A DNA stretch of 64,000 nt, taken from contig CAIJNK010000004.1 in assembly GCA_903822075.1 (NCBI GenBank), positions 12,661 through 76,660 of the forward strand, given 5' to 3'. Below are positions 46,961 through 57,367 of this stretch, piece by piece. The notes below the pieces were generated by a model. It was not told the DNA's origin. It did no database searches and saw nothing but the letters and a program-made list of their open reading frames with translations. Made by a program: the position numbers and the translations under genes. Each line of letters starts with the position of its first letter. Positions within the stretch are counted from its first letter, which is position 1. The stretch comes from an uncultured bacterium. GTDB lineage: Bacteria; Patescibacteriota; Minisyncoccia; Phycocordibacterales; GWA1-40-21.

Positions 46961-47908
46961 TTATAGTAAGTATTTTTGTTTGTTGGCTACATGCTCATCG
47001 AATGTTTTAGCATAATGCATGACACCATCTTTATCGGTCAAAAAATACAGATAATCAGTCTTGATCGGACTTAAAACAGCGATGATAGAATCAAGTCCCG
47101 GATTACAAATGGGTGTTGGGGGCAAACCTTTGTATAGATATGTATTATACGGAGAATCTATTTTCAAATCTGCAGTAGTTAAAGTGGCAGTAGTTTTGCC
47201 GTTGATATACTTAAAGGATGAGTCCACCTGAAGCGGCATACTCAGTGCCAGCCTTTTCCACAATATGCCAGCCACTATTTGCCTGGTTTCCGTCGTTCGT
47301 CCTTCTTCTTCAACAATAGAGGCCATTTTGATAATGTCTGATTCAGTCTTGCCGGAGGCTTTTATCTTATCTTCGACTGTCGCAATTTTTCTATTATAAT
47401 TTGCCTGCATTGCCTCAATGACCGTGTATACACCAGTATTAGTCTGGAAAATATAGGTGTCCGGAAAAAGATAACCTTCCAGACTTTTGGCCTTGGCGAT
47501 GAAATCCGCCGGCGTGACTTTGGCTAACTTGGCGGAAATTATTGGCGCCATTTCCGATACGCTCAAGCCTTCGGGTACAGTAATCTTTACTTGGGCCAGA
47601 CGATAATCCCCGCTTGTTAATCTATGAGCTAAGCTGTAGGAATTTTCCGCTTTCTCTAGAACGTAGTCACCGGCGATTATTCCTTTTGTGCCGCCAAGTA
47701 GGACAGCATAAACTTTGAATAAAAAAGGTGAGCGAATGATTTTTTCTGCCTGCATTTTTTTTGCCAAAGAGTTTAAACCAGTGCCATTTTCTACTGTATA
47801 GACAGTTCCAACCGGAAAACCTACTGGAGACCTTTGCTCAAACACAACAAAAACCGAAATAATTAAAATAATGATAATAGCTAAATATGCAGTCAGTTTC
47901 CAGTTCAT
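46961..47908 (-). CDS. mltG: Endolytic transglycosylase MltG
   Basis: TVPEG, EGYLFPDTY, ASIVE.E, LQ.D and SPYNTY...GLPPTPI.NPG motifs. Confidence 0.95.
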   Translation of the reverse strand: MNWKLTAYLAIIIILIISVFVVFEQRSPVGFPVGTVYTVENGTGLNSLAKKMQAEKIIRSPFLFKVYAVLLGGTKGIIAGDYVLEKAENSYSLAHRLTSGDYRLAQVKITVPEGLSVSEMAPIISAKLAKVTPADFIAKAKSLEGYLFPDTYIFQTNTGVYTVIEAMQANYNRKIATVEDKIKASGKTESDIIKMASIVEEEGRTTETRQIVAGILWKRLALSMPLQVDSSFKYINGKTTATLTTADLKIDSPYNTYLYKGLPPTPICNPGLDSIIAVLSPIKTDYLYFLTDKDGVMHYAKTFDEHVANKQKYLL

Positions 47909-47910
47909 GA

Positions 47911-49191
47911 CTAATTCTTAATTGGTAAATTGGCCGGCGGTTCAGATTTTTTGGAGGCAATCTTAGGGAGGGTCGGCGTAGCCGAGACATTGCCTGGGAA
48001 GTGATAGATGGTGGCCAGCTCCTCGGTATTAAGTATGAAAGGATTTTGACGATAATACTGGTATGGAGGGAAAAAGAAAGAGCGCAACCGATAGGCATCA
48101 AACATCTCGTTGGTTAATTTGGCTTTCCTCAAAGTAATCACTTTTTTCAAAAAGGGAAAAAGAGTAGACCAATCCTTAAGGTTATCACTGACGTCAGTCC
48201 ACTTTGATAATCTCAACCCATTTAGCGTAAGAGAGTTATACTGACGCATGGCACCGATGTAACCTGAGATATAGGAAGAATTGAAAACTTCCTTATTTGA
48301 CAGGTAAAATCCTCGGATCATGGTATCAAAAGCCATCTTACTAATCCCCCTTTCTATGGCGGCGATGGTTTCCGTCTGACCCTTGGTCATGTTAGGAAAA
48401 CCAGGGAAATCACCCTTTGTTTCTGGTGTGGCTTTTTTCTTAATGTCAGCAATTTCTTCCAGAGCTTCTTTTTCCCAATTACCCCTCTCTCGGAGTCGGT
48501 GATTTTTTAGATCCTCTTTATTGTGCATCTTAATCAGAATTTGCATCCAGATTTGTTGTCCCTTACCTGCCGAACCTAAAAATTCCAAGACGGCGGTCAT
48601 GGGGTCAATCCGGTATTCGTCTTTCTGGTCCTTATCCATATTGTAATCCACATACGTCTTAATTGGATAGATATCCTTTTTTAAGAGCTTAAATTGTAAG
48701 CCCCAGATAATATGTTTCGCTGGATCAAAGTTAAATTGTCGAACGTAGTCTTTCTCTGGCGGCACCTCATACACTTCCACCGTGGGATATTGAGCATAAA
48801 TTTGAGCTTCCAGTATTTTTTTGAATTTGGTTTCCGACGACCAGATATAAAAATGAATCTGCCCCTCAATCGAAGCTAACTCCAAGGAAAACCAACCTTT
48901 CACCTTTCCATCCAAATATGCTTCGGTATAAGTAGCCGCCCCGCTTGCTTGCATGGCTGCAAAAATGATCTCCATGGCCAAGGGCGACTTTTGGATATCT
49001 TTTGGGATTCTTATCTCAAAGAGGAAGGGTTTAAGTTTGGAAATATACTTCAGCTGAACATAGCGAACCCAGAGGATCACTGCCATATAGATCAAAATTA
49101 CCGGTACCAGAATGGGCGACAAGACAAAAAGAATCTTGTAGATAAGCGGCAGGATCTCCGTATTGAATTTGGTAAGAAGCTCCAGAAACAT
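47911..49191 (-). CDS. Membrane-anchored conserved hypothetical protein
   Basis: N-terminal TM; FSLE, IYAQYP, YPIKTY and LN.EELAT.YH.P segments, recalled from N-terminal regions of CPR VirB4/TraG-like ATPases (unverified). Confidence 0.7.
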   Translation of the reverse strand: MFLELLTKFNTEILPLIYKILFVLSPILVPVILIYMAVILWVRYVQLKYISKLKPFLFEIRIPKDIQKSPLAMEIIFAAMQASGAATYTEAYLDGKVKGWFSLELASIEGQIHFYIWSSETKFKKILEAQIYAQYPTVEVYEVPPEKDYVRQFNFDPAKHIIWGLQFKLLKKDIYPIKTYVDYNMDKDQKDEYRIDPMTAVLEFLGSAGKGQQIWMQILIKMHNKEDLKNHRLRERGNWEKEALEEIADIKKKATPETKGDFPGFPNMTKGQTETIAAIERGISKMAFDTMIRGFYLSNKEVFNSSYISGYIGAMRQYNSLTLNGLRLSKWTDVSDNLKDWSTLFPFLKKVITLRKAKLTNEMFDAYRLRSFFFPPYQYYRQNPFILNTEELATIYHFPGNVSATPTLPKIASKKSEPPANLPIKN

Positions 49192-49258
49192 GTCTGCCAT
49201 TATAACACATGACAAAATTAAAAACACCCCGGTTCGCGGAGTGCTTTTAATTTAAATC

Positions 49259-50293
49259 TTATTTTACAATCTCGTACTTCCCTTCCTTACTCTTTTTAAA
49301 GAATTTTGGATTCTGCAAGTTGATGACAATGGTGTTTTCCTTTACATAACGTTCTTTTAAGACTTTCTGAATCACCTCCTGCTTGGTCATTGGACCGTAT
49401 TTCTCAATGAGCTTCTTGATGACATCTTTGACCACACCGCTCATATAACCCCATTCGGACAAAGCATACAAACCGCGTCCCACCAGAACAAAACGAGGAT
49501 CTTTTATCAGTTCATTGTGAGTGGTTGCCACGTGTGCCTTAATTTTGAAAACTTCCGTAATGATTTTAGCCACCTCGCGGAAATGGATGGGCGAACCATG
49601 TCTTCTAATGACCAAATAAGCATAATCTCTCATACCTTTGGTACTAATATTTGAAGACTCGGTCTTACCCCATTCACCCAAAGTATTCTTACCAATCTTC
49701 TTTGACAAGGCTAACCACCTTTTTGCTATTTCCTCATTCTTGTATTTTTCAGAGACATCTTCTAGATGACCGAGGAAGGATTTGATAATATCCGGTTCGG
49801 ACATGAGATCCTCGCTCTTTAAAGTAGCGTAAAGCTTCCGCAACGCCTCATGAACTTTTTCCGATAAGGAACTGTCAATAAACCAGCGGTGTTTAAAATC
49901 CTCGTCTTCCTTGATTTTATTAAAAGGATGACCAACAACCAAAATAAAATTTATATGGCTTTGAATGGAGGCGTCAGTAGATATATAATCCAAAAGGTCC
50001 TGCTCAACGACAATACCGCCAAGAGAATGAATAATTTTTTCAACTTCGTCAAAAGTAGGTTTTTCCTCAAAATATTGCTTGGATTTCCGAATAACGGCCA
50101 AAGCGTGGTTTTCAATCTGCCTGACACGCTCACGAGTTATGCCGTATGTCTTGCCAATAGCATCCAAGGTCATTGGCTCTGAGTCCTTACCCAAACCATA
50201 GCGCTTGGTCATGACATCGCGAGACCGTTGGGAAAGGGCACCGATCAGTCTTTTGCTAACTTGCTTTGGTTTAAAATTTATTGTTATTGACAT
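49259..50293 (-). CDS. Sigma70 region-4 HTH protein with C-terminal winged-HTH domains
   Basis: TL..IG..YGITRERVRQIE and FVLVGRGLYAL.EW; no sigma region 2 seen. Confidence 0.8.
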   Translation of the reverse strand: MSITINFKPKQVSKRLIGALSQRSRDVMTKRYGLGKDSEPMTLDAIGKTYGITRERVRQIENHALAVIRKSKQYFEEKPTFDEVEKIIHSLGGIVVEQDLLDYISTDASIQSHINFILVVGHPFNKIKEDEDFKHRWFIDSSLSEKVHEALRKLYATLKSEDLMSEPDIIKSFLGHLEDVSEKYKNEEIAKRWLALSKKIGKNTLGEWGKTESSNISTKGMRDYAYLVIRRHGSPIHFREVAKIITEVFKIKAHVATTHNELIKDPRFVLVGRGLYALSEWGYMSGVVKDVIKKLIEKYGPMTKQEVIQKVLKERYVKENTIVINLQNPKFFKKSKEGKYEIVK

Positions 50294-50388
50294 ACTTGCT
50301 GTTTTTAATTAATAAAAATGTCTTTTTAATATCAGCTATCCTATACCCAAATGGACTTTATGTCAAGTATATGTCAAGCGTTTGCATA

Positions 50389-53300
50389 TCACCGGCACCC
50401 CAACGCCCCCTTGGCCGCCACCACCTTATTTGCCGGTATCACGTCAATGCTAATCAAAAGATCAATAAACTGACAGACTGAAACAGAGGGTTGAGTGGCC
50501 ACTGTTTCCTGCTTCAAGATATCATTAACATACTTAATGGTACCCAGACCAAAGACACCAGTACCTTTGGTGACACCAGCGGGTTTGAGGATTTCGTTGT
50601 AATGAGCAGTCTGGAAGCGGATGAGAGCGAGTCTGGTGGCATCATTGAAGTAAGTGGTTTCGTGATTAGGAGAACTGGTACCGGTGGTGGCAATGATGAA
50701 GTTATGAGTGTTAAGGAAGATTTGGAGTTGTTTGATGTCGGAATCAGTGGTATAGGGATTTAGGATATGGGTGAAGAGGAAGGGAGGGGCGGAGGTGACG
50801 GTGGCGGTAAAGGTAGAAGTGGCCAGGGTGGAAGTAGCGGTGGTGGTGGCTAGGGGTTTGGGGATGACTGGTGGCGGAGTACCGCCACCACTGCTACCTC
50901 CTCCGCCCCCTCCGGTAGGAACATATGTACAAGTTTGTGAGAGGACGGGACTGCCGCCTGTACAACCATCCGGTGACGAAGTGACTACGGTGTGACCTTG
51001 AGTTCCCGAAACAGGACAGACAGCCGGAGACCAGGCAGAGTAGGTGAAGGAGGTGCAAGTTTGGGGAGTGGGCGGAATTTCGGTTTTTGATATTTGATAA
51101 ATGTGGACTTCACCCGGCATAAATGAATCGCTGAAAGCGCCGCCAGTCATATTTATTGTTCGGTTGCTTTCACCATAAACATTAACTGTTTTATCGGCCA
51201 GATCGGAAACATTAAAATTAACACTAGTGGATGTGCCGGACATTTCACCAATCTCGCTTAATCTGGTGGCAAAAATCCAAATATCCGAATCGGTTTCTTT
51301 TATCATGGTGTCAACCCGGTTACCATCGGCATTTGCATCATCCGTAACCGCGTGAGTTGAGTTTGAACCCAAAACGGCGGGCGCTAATGTCTGCATATCG
51401 GTAACAAATTGTGAAATAACAGCGGCGTTGTCTGTTGGGATGTCAATCCAATTATTATTTATGGAATCATAATTATACCAACTTATTCCCTTCATGCCAT
51501 GGATAACATTTAACCATATCTCCATTTTTAACAACTCTGGCGTCAAATGAGGCTGGGTCGAAGACATATCACAAGCCTCCACAAATGAAGTAAAAGGGGT
51601 TAATCCAAAATTATTTTTTTGGAATTCATCCATTATGGAAGTATACTGGCTCATCGTCATCTGAGTGTCTCCATTGCTTGCCCAAACGGGATAAACGTCA
51701 AAAGAAAGAATATCAGCCACAGGCTCCAAAGAAAGATAGCCTTTAGTCTTTGTGACGTCCGGAACGTAGCCGTAAAGATTAAGAATGTTTGGATGATTTG
51801 GATCGTTCACATGAGAGATGGCAGTATACAAGTCCATTAAAGCCGGGGTATAAAAAGAAGTTTTAAGATCCGGCTCATCCGCCCAAGTCCAGAATAGAAG
51901 TGACTGATTATTTCTAAATGTCGAAGTGTACTGCGCGATTGTATTAGGCGCATTTGTCGTCAGGTAATTTGGATATCTCGAGTCCGGCCCAAACGTTTTT
52001 ACGCCAAGGCCAGAGACTGTCTGCAAATAACTTGTAAACTCGTTCACTGAATAGTTTGCGGACCATAACGGGTTCCAGCTCGCCACGTTAATCAGATTAG
52101 CCGCCAACATGCCTGAAAGTTTATTTGTATCAGGCGGATAGAACAAGCCAACCGGAAAAATCTTCACACCATTGCTCAATAAATTATTATCCTTATCTAT
52201 GGAGACGAAAGGGGTTCCCGAAACATATTTTGTTAAAGTGGTTGTAGCACTGTACTTTTCAGTGTTCTGACTATCCAAAAGTTTTACAACTAAAGAATGA
52301 TCACCCACCGACAGTGGGACCATGTCTACGGCAAATTTTTCCCGGCCGACTAAATTTGAAATTGTTATATACAGTAAACCATCAAGTGAAGCGACTATCG
52401 TGTCGCCGGTCGAATACCCAGTCAAAGCCAAATCGATATAAAGTGAAGAATGAGCAAAAGAATTAGCGTGACGAATATTAATAAAAGAAGACTGGTCGAC
52501 AATCGGACTGGCGCTAAATGCCGTATCGTCAAAATAAATTGTTCCTCCGTTACCAACCTCAGAACCAGTTTTGTCCATCCCCATCACGAAACGGCTGATA
52601 TTGCCAATTGTGGCATTTATCATGGAAATTTCCGTATTACCGTTAATTTTAGCTGTGAATGCACCCGTTCCGGTTCCGGTCTGATATTCTATGTCCAACG
52701 GATACCAATGCCCACGAATCAAAGGTGTTGCCACGGAAGCGCACGCTCCGCCGGTGGCAAGGCAAAAAGAATCGGCATTTATTTTGTTTAAATAAATTTT
52801 TTTCACAGAGTTATAACTACCATCTTCTAAATTCAGAAAAACAATTTTTGGAGAACTGGCATTGCCCAAGACGAAATCATTGCCTAAATAAAAATAAATT
52901 TGCGCATAGGCGTGCGGCCCGAAGTATTCGTTCTGGTAAAACCAGGCTTTATTGCTTGACGCAGGACTGACTTGCGTGATTGCTGAGTATAATCCGGAAT
53001 GGGCCACAACAGTACTGACCGAGATTACACCAGTACCTGACTGACCGGTATATGATAAGTTTGGTAGATCTCCAACCTCAAAATCTTCATATAATAGTGG
53101 CTTACTGCCATCTGGTATAAAATTGGCAATAATATTTTTATTTGAACTCATGGTTAAGGCTAAGGGATTTTTTGTGGTAGCAACATCTCCTGACCAGGAT
53201 GAAAAGATATAACCGCTCGCGGGCGTGGCCGTCAAGGTGACGGTATCGCCAAAGGCATAAGTGGTGGAAGCCGAGGAATTATCTATCGTTCCATTGGCGG

Positions 53301-53850
53301 CTGAAGTGTTGAGCGTGTAGATGGGATTACCTTGGTCAAAGGCAAAGGCGTCGGCGTAAACATAATTGGTGGTACTGCCGGTTCGAATCAAGGCATATTC
53401 ATCGTCGGTACCGGCAAAGTAATAATTGCCGAGCAGATTCCACTGCCGGCCGTTTGCGCTTTCGTCCACCATGACGGTGGTTGTGGTGGCGTTGTGGACA
53501 ATATCCACTGGCGTATTGGTGGCGGCCTGGCTGGCAGCGGGATAATTTATGTAGACATTGTAATTGCCGGCGGTAGTAATGTGAGAATTGAATTTGACAG
53601 TGGAGGTACCTTTGTTGGTATTCTTATCATGAAGATAGTTGGCGCCGTAATAGCCTAAACTGTAAGTACTTGTTGCCCAGTTGCCAATAATGTCTCCAGC
53701 CGGTATATCGGAATTATCCACCATAATGGGGGTGCTGGTGACGGTGTCAGCGTGGACATGGGAGATGGTTTGAGAGTGAAAAGAAGAAAGGAAGAAAAAG
53801 ATAAAAGAAAAAGAAAGAAAAGTGAAGGAGAGAAATTTGAATAATTTCAT
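50389..53850 (-). CDS. Large secreted multidomain carbohydrate-active/surface protein
   Basis: Signal peptide, CBM-like module (W..LG.Y.F, V.ADA), B-repeat-like module (P..GY.F..WSGD), glycoside-hydrolase-like barrel (WADEPD, FDVYP), Cys module, G/P/T linker, peptidoglycan-binding-like end (LQ.FLN, T..AL..FQ). Confidence 0.75.
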   Translation of the reverse strand: MKLFKFLSFTFLSFSFIFFFLSSFHSQTISHVHADTVTSTPIMVDNSDIPAGDIIGNWATSTYSLGYYGANYLHDKNTNKGTSTVKFNSHITTAGNYNVYINYPAASQAATNTPVDIVHNATTTTVMVDESANGRQWNLLGNYYFAGTDDEYALIRTGSTTNYVYADAFAFDQGNPIYTLNTSAANGTIDNSSASTTYAFGDTVTLTATPASGYIFSSWSGDVATTKNPLALTMSSNKNIIANFIPDGSKPLLYEDFEVGDLPNLSYTGQSGTGVISVSTVVAHSGLYSAITQVSPASSNKAWFYQNEYFGPHAYAQIYFYLGNDFVLGNASSPKIVFLNLEDGSYNSVKKIYLNKINADSFCLATGGACASVATPLIRGHWYPLDIEYQTGTGTGAFTAKINGNTEISMINATIGNISRFVMGMDKTGSEVGNGGTIYFDDTAFSASPIVDQSSFINIRHANSFAHSSLYIDLALTGYSTGDTIVASLDGLLYITISNLVGREKFAVDMVPLSVGDHSLVVKLLDSQNTEKYSATTTLTKYVSGTPFVSIDKDNNLLSNGVKIFPVGLFYPPDTNKLSGMLAANLINVASWNPLWSANYSVNEFTSYLQTVSGLGVKTFGPDSRYPNYLTTNAPNTIAQYTSTFRNNQSLLFWTWADEPDLKTSFYTPALMDLYTAISHVNDPNHPNILNLYGYVPDVTKTKGYLSLEPVADILSFDVYPVWASNGDTQMTMSQYTSIMDEFQKNNFGLTPFTSFVEACDMSSTQPHLTPELLKMEIWLNVIHGMKGISWYNYDSINNNWIDIPTDNAAVISQFVTDMQTLAPAVLGSNSTHAVTDDANADGNRVDTMIKETDSDIWIFATRLSEIGEMSGTSTSVNFNVSDLADKTVNVYGESNRTINMTGGAFSDSFMPGEVHIYQISKTEIPPTPQTCTSFTYSAWSPAVCPVSGTQGHTVVTSSPDGCTGGSPVLSQTCTYVPTGGGGGGSSGGGTPPPVIPKPLATTTATSTLATSTFTATVTSAPPFLFTHILNPYTTDSDIKQLQIFLNTHNFIIATTGTSSPNHETTYFNDATRLALIRFQTAHYNEILKPAGVTKGTGVFGLGTIKYVNDILKQETVATQPSVSVCQFIDLLISIDVIPANKVVAAKGALGCR

Positions 53851-53908
53851 TAGGTTGAAGAATTAACTGATATGAATGAATTATATCATCACGCCAAACA
53901 TATTGAAA

Positions 53909-56900
53909 CTAATCGGTAATCAGCGCCAAGATCCTTTCCTTGAGAAACAGTTTCTTTTTTACCTGCTTGCCCGCAAGCCACTTATAAACATCTTCCCGAG
54001 CGAGGGCTACTTTCTCCACTTCCGCCTGGTTGGAACCGACGGGCATTTCAAAGTTAGCGCGCGGCTTGCCATTTATTTGAACGATAATAACCACCTTCTC
54101 CGAAATTGTTTTTTTCTCATCATATTCCGGCCACTTCTCCAAATGAATAGATTTTTTATGACCAAGATTAGCCCAAATTTCTTCCGTCATATGTGGTGCA
54201 AACGGCGCCAATAATTTTAGAATAGTTTCATATTCTGTTTTTGTTATCTCATTTTTTTCGGCCAAATTGACCAAAATCATAAAGGCCGAAATAGCGGTAT
54301 TAAAACTGAAGTCTACAATATCCTCAGTCACTTTTTTTATTGTTTTATGAAGTAGTGCCTCAAATTCAATGTTTTCAACCACCCTTTTGTTTACTACCCT
54401 ATCTTGTAACTTCCAAACTTTTTCCAAGAAACGGCGTGAGCCCACCATATTATCAGTACTCCAAGCAATTTCCTGATCAAACGGACCCATGAACATTTCA
54501 TAGACGCGTAAGGTATCCGCCCCCACATTTTTTATCACTTCATCAGGGTTTATGACGTTCCCCCAGCGCTTGCTCATTTTACGTGAATCCGAACCCAGAA
54601 TCATTCCTTGATTTTTGAGCTGCCTAAACGGTTCTTTCTCACTGACCACACCTATGTCAAATAAAAACTTATGCCAAAAACGCGCATAGATAAGGTGCCT
54701 AGTGGCGTGTTCAGTTCCACCCACGTACAAGTCCACGCCATTTTTCATCCAGTATTTTTCTTTCTTTTTATCCACCAACGCTTTACTATTTTTCGGATCA
54801 ATATAACGCAAATAGTACCAGGAAGAGCCGGCCCATTGAGGCATAGTGTTAGTCTCTCTTTTGGCTTTGCCTTTACAATTTGGGCATTTAGTATTTACCC
54901 ATTTGGAAATAGCCGCCAAAGGCGATTCACCGGTCCCCGTCGGTTCGTAAAACTTTACATTTGGCAATTCCACCGGCAAATCTTTCTCCGGTACGGGCAC
55001 CGCGCCGCATTTCTCACAGTGAATAACGGGAATTGGTTCGCCCCAATAACGCTGACGGGAAAACACCCAGTCCTTCAGTCGATACGTCACTTTCTGCTTA
55101 CCGTCAGCCAAATCGGTAATTTCTTTTTTTGCCTCCTCACTATCCATTCCGTCAAAATTCCCAGAGTTTATCAGAATCCCTTGACCAGTAAAGCATTCTG
55201 AGCCGGTTTTATAGACTTGCCACATATATTTAAAGGCTTCAAGATTCAACCAGCCTTCCATTTTATCGGCCTCTATCCAGACAGCTTTGTGATTTTTTGT
55301 TTCCGCTTCCGTGGTAGGTATTTTTTTGTCATCAACAAGTTCAAACAACATTCCCCGTCCAATGCCATATCGGTTTACATCTTTATGGGCGGCAAAAAAA
55401 TGATTATGCTGCTCACCGCCAAGCTCACGGATGTATTTCACGTTAACGTAACCGGTTTCCTCACGGATCTCACGAAGGGCAGCAGCTTGAAAACTTTCAC
55501 CGTCGTCCAATCCACCAATTATGCCTGAATGCCAGCCAAACTTTTCCCAATCCAGGCACAAGAATTTATTTGTCTTTTTATCCATGACCAAGGCATAGGC
55601 GGTGGTTCTTCTGACCGTCTCTTTATCCGACCGCGCCTGGTCTCTATCTTTCTCTGATTTTGTAAAATACGGAACAACCACTTCTTTGACCGGCAAATTA
55701 TATTTTTTGGCAAAAGAATAATCCCGTTCATCATGCGCCGGTACGGACATAACGGCACCGGTACCGTAATTATTCAAAACATAGTCCGCAATAAAGACTG
55801 GCAAAATTTCTTTAGTCAGCGGATGTTTGGCCTCCACACCAGATAGCCTCAAACCAGTTTTGTTCTTATCAACAGCCGTTCTTTCTATTTCCGTTTTTGC
55901 TTTGACACTCTCGCGATATTTTTCCACTTCCGCCCAATTTTTAATCAGCGGCTTCAAGCTGTCCACCAGTTTATTTTCCGGCGCGAGCACCACGTAAGTG
56001 ACGCCAAACAAAGTATCGGGCCTAGTCGTAAACACCCTTATTTTTTCCTCGGAATTTTTTAGATTAAACCATAACTCCGAACCTTCACTCCGACCGATCC
56101 AATTTCTTTGCGCTTCTTTTATGGACTCAGACCAATTCAAGAGTGGTTTTGGCCAACCTAAATTGGGATCCTTAAGCCGTTTCAGCCAGATTGGTAATTC
56201 GGAATTGACCATTTTGCCGGGGACAAAATCTTTTTCTTCAACCCAAATAATTTCGTTATCCTTATCTTCACCATCGGCAATTGGCGCTCGCTTGTCACTC
56301 TTTAATTCAAAATACGCCGCCTGAGCATAGGCGATTCTATTTTCTCCCTTATGTTTGGTATAATAATGGGCTTCGGTCTGTCCGCCCAAAAGGCGCTTAA
56401 ATTCAATATCAACATAACCAGTCTCCTCCTGCACTTCCCTTCTGGCCGTTTTGACAACATCTTCTCCAGCCTCAATACCGCCAATAATAACCGTATCCCA
56501 GCCAAACTTTTTATTACGAATAATCAGATATTTTTTATTTCTTGGATCAAAGACAATGGCGTGCGCAACGTAACGCTTGACCAAAGGCTTACCGGGTTGA
56601 TGCGGGTTCACCTTATCAATCACTTTCGGCATGATGTAATCTTCTGAATCAAGATCGGCTAAAAGTCGGTCGGCATAGTCGGTAATTTTGAGCACCCACT
56701 GGCGCATCGGTTTTTTTTCCACTAGAGTACCACACCGTTCACAGTTGGGACCGTCTAAATCTTCATTGGCCAACCCGGTCTTACAGGAAGGACACCAGTT
56801 AATGGGTTCAAAGCTTTCATAGGCCAAACCCTTTTTAAGCAGTTGCAGAAAAATCCACTGGGTCCACTTATAATAGTTTGGATCTGTCGTGTTTATCTCT

Positions 56901-57295
56901 CGCTTCCAGTCGTACCCCAAACCGATTATGGACAATTGCTCCTTGAAGCGTTTAACATTTCGCTCCATCGCCACCGCTGGGTGGATTTTATTCTTGATTG
57001 CATAATTTTCCGCCGGTAACCCAAATGCGTCCCAGCCCATGGGGTGGAGAACATTATAACCATGCATCCTTTTGTATTTTGAATACACATCGGTCGCAAT
57101 ATAACCGCGCGGATGACCTACATGTAGGCCGTCGCCGGATGGATATGGAAACATATCTAGGACGTAAAACTTGTCACTCTTGGATTTATCCTTAGTTTGG
57201 TTTATCTTTTTTTTGTCCCAAATTTTGCGCCATTTAGGTTCAATTTTTAAATGATTATATTCCCCATTTTTTGAGGTTGTTTGTTTCTTTTTCAT
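53909..57295 (-). CDS. leuS: Leucine-tRNA ligase with two inserted Nudix domains
   Basis: MFPYPSG..LHVGH, FTTRPDT, GTGAVM.VPAHD, SRQRYWG and KMSK motifs; two Nudix boxes. Confidence 0.96.
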   Translation of the reverse strand: MKKKQTTSKNGEYNHLKIEPKWRKIWDKKKINQTKDKSKSDKFYVLDMFPYPSGDGLHVGHPRGYIATDVYSKYKRMHGYNVLHPMGWDAFGLPAENYAIKNKIHPAVAMERNVKRFKEQLSIIGLGYDWKREINTTDPNYYKWTQWIFLQLLKKGLAYESFEPINWCPSCKTGLANEDLDGPNCERCGTLVEKKPMRQWVLKITDYADRLLADLDSEDYIMPKVIDKVNPHQPGKPLVKRYVAHAIVFDPRNKKYLIIRNKKFGWDTVIIGGIEAGEDVVKTARREVQEETGYVDIEFKRLLGGQTEAHYYTKHKGENRIAYAQAAYFELKSDKRAPIADGEDKDNEIIWVEEKDFVPGKMVNSELPIWLKRLKDPNLGWPKPLLNWSESIKEAQRNWIGRSEGSELWFNLKNSEEKIRVFTTRPDTLFGVTYVVLAPENKLVDSLKPLIKNWAEVEKYRESVKAKTEIERTAVDKNKTGLRLSGVEAKHPLTKEILPVFIADYVLNNYGTGAVMSVPAHDERDYSFAKKYNLPVKEVVVPYFTKSEKDRDQARSDKETVRRTTAYALVMDKKTNKFLCLDWEKFGWHSGIIGGLDDGESFQAAALREIREETGYVNVKYIRELGGEQHNHFFAAHKDVNRYGIGRGMLFELVDDKKIPTTEAETKNHKAVWIEADKMEGWLNLEAFKYMWQVYKTGSECFTGQGILINSGNFDGMDSEEAKKEITDLADGKQKVTYRLKDWVFSRQRYWGEPIPVIHCEKCGAVPVPEKDLPVELPNVKFYEPTGTGESPLAAISKWVNTKCPNCKGKAKRETNTMPQWAGSSWYYLRYIDPKNSKALVDKKKEKYWMKNGVDLYVGGTEHATRHLIYARFWHKFLFDIGVVSEKEPFRQLKNQGMILGSDSRKMSKRWGNVINPDEVIKNVGADTLRVYEMFMGPFDQEIAWSTDNMVGSRRFLEKVWKLQDRVVNKRVVENIEFEALLHKTIKKVTEDIVDFSFNTAISAFMILVNLAEKNEITKTEYETILKLLAPFAPHMTEEIWANLGHKKSIHLEKWPEYDEKKTISEKVVIIVQINGKPRANFEMPVGSNQAEVEKVALAREDVYKWLAGKQVKKKLFLKERILALITD

Positions 57296-57309
57296 ACCCT
57301 TATACTACA

Positions 57310-57349
57310 TCAAAAAACACCGCCAAGCAAAGCTGATGGTGTTTTTTGA
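57310..57349. terminator. Intrinsic terminator
   Basis: TCAAAAAACACC/GGTGTTTTTTGA inverted repeat. Confidence 0.65.
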
Positions 57350-57367
57350 GGCCGAGGAAAATCCGAC

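Noticed and set aside
55200-56640. Inteins or introns explaining the long leuS
   Set aside because: The frame is continuous, no intein splice-junction motifs were seen, and the inserts carry Nudix boxes.
57296-57360. T-box leaders before leuS, and likewise alaS, trpS and hisS
   Set aside because: No UGGNACC antiterminator was found; leuS, alaS and trpS appear leaderless.
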